DNA from: a virus
Strand: one strand, 5' to 3'
Length of the DNA: 64,000 nt
IMG/VR virus record: IMGVR_UViG_3300037882_004127
Coordinates: 13,860 to 77,859 of that record
Shown: positions 62,122 to 64,000 of the stretch, one piece after another
How the letters are laid out: every line of letters starts with the position of its first letter
Numbering within the stretch: the stretch's first letter is position 1
Program-made: the position numbers and the translations under genes
The notes under the pieces: generated by a model
The model's database searches: none
The model's input: only the letters and a program-made list of their open reading frames with translations
Told to the model about the DNA's origin: nothing

Positions 62122-62928
62122 TTAAGTGTCAATAGAAATTTTCATAGTTTTCGGCATTGGTAAATCATGTTTTTTGTAATATTCCTCATTAAATGATAAC
62201 CCCTTAATATCGTCCCACTTATACGAACATAACCCAAAGTGACGCATTTGGTACTCCTGTTTTCTCTTTCCAGAAATGTTATTCATCCAAGTCATATGGG
62301 TTATCGGGCTATTACGAATTAATTTATGTGGCAAATCATCCTGTCTAACCTCTTTGCGGCAATTTTTATTAAATTCAAAACAATCTGTTCCGTATATTAC
62401 GTTGTTGTCCCATTCAAACCTCAGTAATTTATATCCATTCGTATTAACTCGAAAAATTCGCGGCGGGCAAAAAGATTCTGTAAGATAAGTATTAGAATCA
62501 AAAACGAAATTTTTATATTGGATAGAAAACCAGCTAATGTATCGCTCTAGCAAAACCTTACTCAAAATCTCCTCTAATTGAGATTGAGTCGCAATTTCAT
62601 CTGAGTCCCATAAAATGACAGTTTCAACGCCCCGACTGAGAAGATATTGTAGGGCTAAATCGCGCGCGACGTGTTCCTTGACGTATTCGGGTTCCGTGAT
62701 TAGGCGGTCGATTTTAAAATTTTTGTAATAATCACGTAAAGCCTCTTGGGTGGAGTCCTTGAATGGGTTGTCTTTATACTCAAAAAAGGGCACCGAAACG
62801 GCGCAAATTACGAATTCGTAACCCAGTAAATTGTTCGCGCGAGCTTCAACCCATGGTTTAATTGATTCGTCAATATACTCTTCGGTGTTATAGCCTGTAA
62901 ATAAAATGCCAATCTTATTTTTATTCAT
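62122..62928 (-). CDS. GT-A fold (GT2-like) glycosyltransferase
   Basis: YNTEEYI, R..AL, WDSDE (DxD), PRIFR. Confidence 0.65.
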   Translation of the reverse strand: MNKNKIGILFTGYNTEEYIDESIKPWVEARANNLLGYEFVICAVSVPFFEYKDNPFKDSTQEALRDYYKNFKIDRLITEPEYVKEHVARDLALQYLLSRGVETVILWDSDEIATQSQLEEILSKVLLERYISWFSIQYKNFVFDSNTYLTESFCPPRIFRVNTNGYKLLRFEWDNNVIYGTDCFEFNKNCRKEVRQDDLPHKLIRNSPITHMTWMNNISGKRKQEYQMRHFGLCSYKWDDIKGLSFNEEYYKKHDLPMPKTMKISIDT

Positions 62929-63824
62929 GCTTTATGATTTAACTTTTCGACGATTTTCGCAAGAACTAAATCCATATCAATATTGTCTGTCCCGCTGAAT
63001 GAGTAGAATGAATAGTTATTGGGATTATTGGTTGAAAGGGCCGTTGGATTATTCTCGTTACCCCAATGTATTGGAATCATGGATACCATTTGCTTTTGGT
63101 AAGCCCCACATATCAATGACATACCACTATCTGAACCCACGATTAAATCGGCCTCATTCGCAATTTGAATCTGTTCAAAAAATGACCGGTCATTAATTCT
63201 TAAATGTTTTGAACGATCTAATGGATAAATTCCATCCCGAAACCAATGTTCGTCTTGTTCCCCGCCACTTTGAATAACGTAATACCCCGATCCAATTAAC
63301 CTTATCGCCAAATCTTCTAAATATCTTTTGCTAACCCATCTCTTAGATTCGCGCCCAAAGTTTGGCATTCCAGTAAAAAAGACAGTCTTTTTATCGCCAA
63401 AGGGCCGTTTAACAGGATTCCACCATTTTACTAGTTTGGGGATTTTTTCGGATTCTAGCATATTTACTTCCCACAGCCAATCCTCAAAGCCCTGCATATG
63501 GAACGACTCCCAATAAATATCCCTCTTCTTAGCCGGATACTCGTTATCCCTATGAGAAGGGTTTAAATTGAACTTTATATCACACGAGTTCATCTTTTGA
63601 AAATCCTCGTATGATTCCGGCCCTTCAGCGCCATCACAGATATAGATTTCGTCGATTGCGGGATGCCGAAAATATAACATAGCAGACTGCCCGCTTTTTT
63701 TGCCCATAGCCCAAACGATTGTGCAATTTTTATAAATTTTCTTTAAATAAATTGCCACCGGGATAGTTGCTAAAATGTCTCCCAGCATGGTTCCGCGCCC
63801 CAACCAGATACGTGGATTGTTCAT
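62925..63824 (-). CDS. GT9 / ADP-heptose heptosyltransferase-like glycosyltransferase
   Basis: LGDILATIPV...LK, HPAIDE, K.W, GG..D, I..ADL.VGSDSGM....A. Confidence 0.75.
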   Translation of the reverse strand: MNNPRIWLGRGTMLGDILATIPVAIYLKKIYKNCTIVWAMGKKSGQSAMLYFRHPAIDEIYICDGAEGPESYEDFQKMNSCDIKFNLNPSHRDNEYPAKKRDIYWESFHMQGFEDWLWEVNMLESEKIPKLVKWWNPVKRPFGDKKTVFFTGMPNFGRESKRWVSKRYLEDLAIRLIGSGYYVIQSGGEQDEHWFRDGIYPLDRSKHLRINDRSFFEQIQIANEADLIVGSDSGMSLICGAYQKQMVSMIPIHWGNENNPTALSTNNPNNYSFYSFSGTDNIDMDLVLAKIVEKLNHKA

Positions 63825-64000
63825 GATTGGCCTTCTGGTTTAAAGCAAAATCCCCAAACGCAATCTTCCATCCAATCACAAAACACAAATCCATTCTTAT
63901 CCGCCTCCTCCTTAATATCCGCGTAAGTGCATTCTAACCAATTCCAAACCTTCCCCTTAATATTCTCGTCAAAATATTTCTGATCCTTAGCAAAATCATG
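63821..64000 (-). CDS. C-terminus of an ORF entering from beyond the window (possibly a SAM methyltransferase)
   Basis: HDFAKDQKYFDENIKGKVWNW...; stop overlaps the GT9 ATG; function tentative. Confidence 0.4.
   Translation of the reverse strand, partial: HDFAKDQKYFDENIKGKVWNWLECTYADIKEEADKNGFVFCDWMEDCVWGFCFKPEGQS

Noticed and set aside
390-63516. Most short plus-strand ORFs in the track (e.g. 19734, 38321, 60884)
   Set aside because: Antisense shadows of clear minus-strand genes with no motifs
1-64000. Stop-codon reassignment (code 15 or 4)
   Set aside because: DnaE, NrdJ, DnaB and RecA are uninterrupted in code 11; TAG at 33873 is followed by a terminator

Overview
A 64-kb segment of a large lytic-type dsDNA phage genome (standard genetic code, AT-rich, densely packed, almost all genes on the minus strand, frequent ATGA overlaps, no obvious Shine-Dalgarno motifs). 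It holds a replication/recombination module: DnaE split into PHP, DnaQ-like exonuclease and polymerase-core genes, a primase, DnaB, RecA and a Cas4/AddB-like nuclease. It also encodes nucleotide metabolism (intein-containing class II RNR, ThyX, dUTPase), several DNA methyltransferases, dispersed ADP-heptose/glycan genes (HldD, RfaE-I, RfaE-II, GT9-like, GT2-like, Gmd), six YopX paralogs and many small hypothetical ORFs. Selfish nucleases are abundant: four TnpB loci with no intact transposase, six free-standing homing-type endonucleases and an intein. The main observations are these. (1) A 3.67-kb IS607-like element whose GG junctions rejoin an in-frame host gene; it lacks the recombinase catalytic domain and carries a DNA methyltransferase, a MerR-HTH, a LAGLIDADG nuclease and TnpB. 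(2) Unrelated homing nucleases are repeatedly coupled to unannotated 48-57 aa RHH/HTH genes behind a shared GTGTA(T/A) motif. (3) All three full-length TnpBs, from two lineages, have lost the zinc-finger cysteines. (4) A ~500-nt hairpin-rich noncoding unit sits on the plus strand at ~46.6-47.2 kb. All family calls come from motif recognition by eye; no database searches were run.
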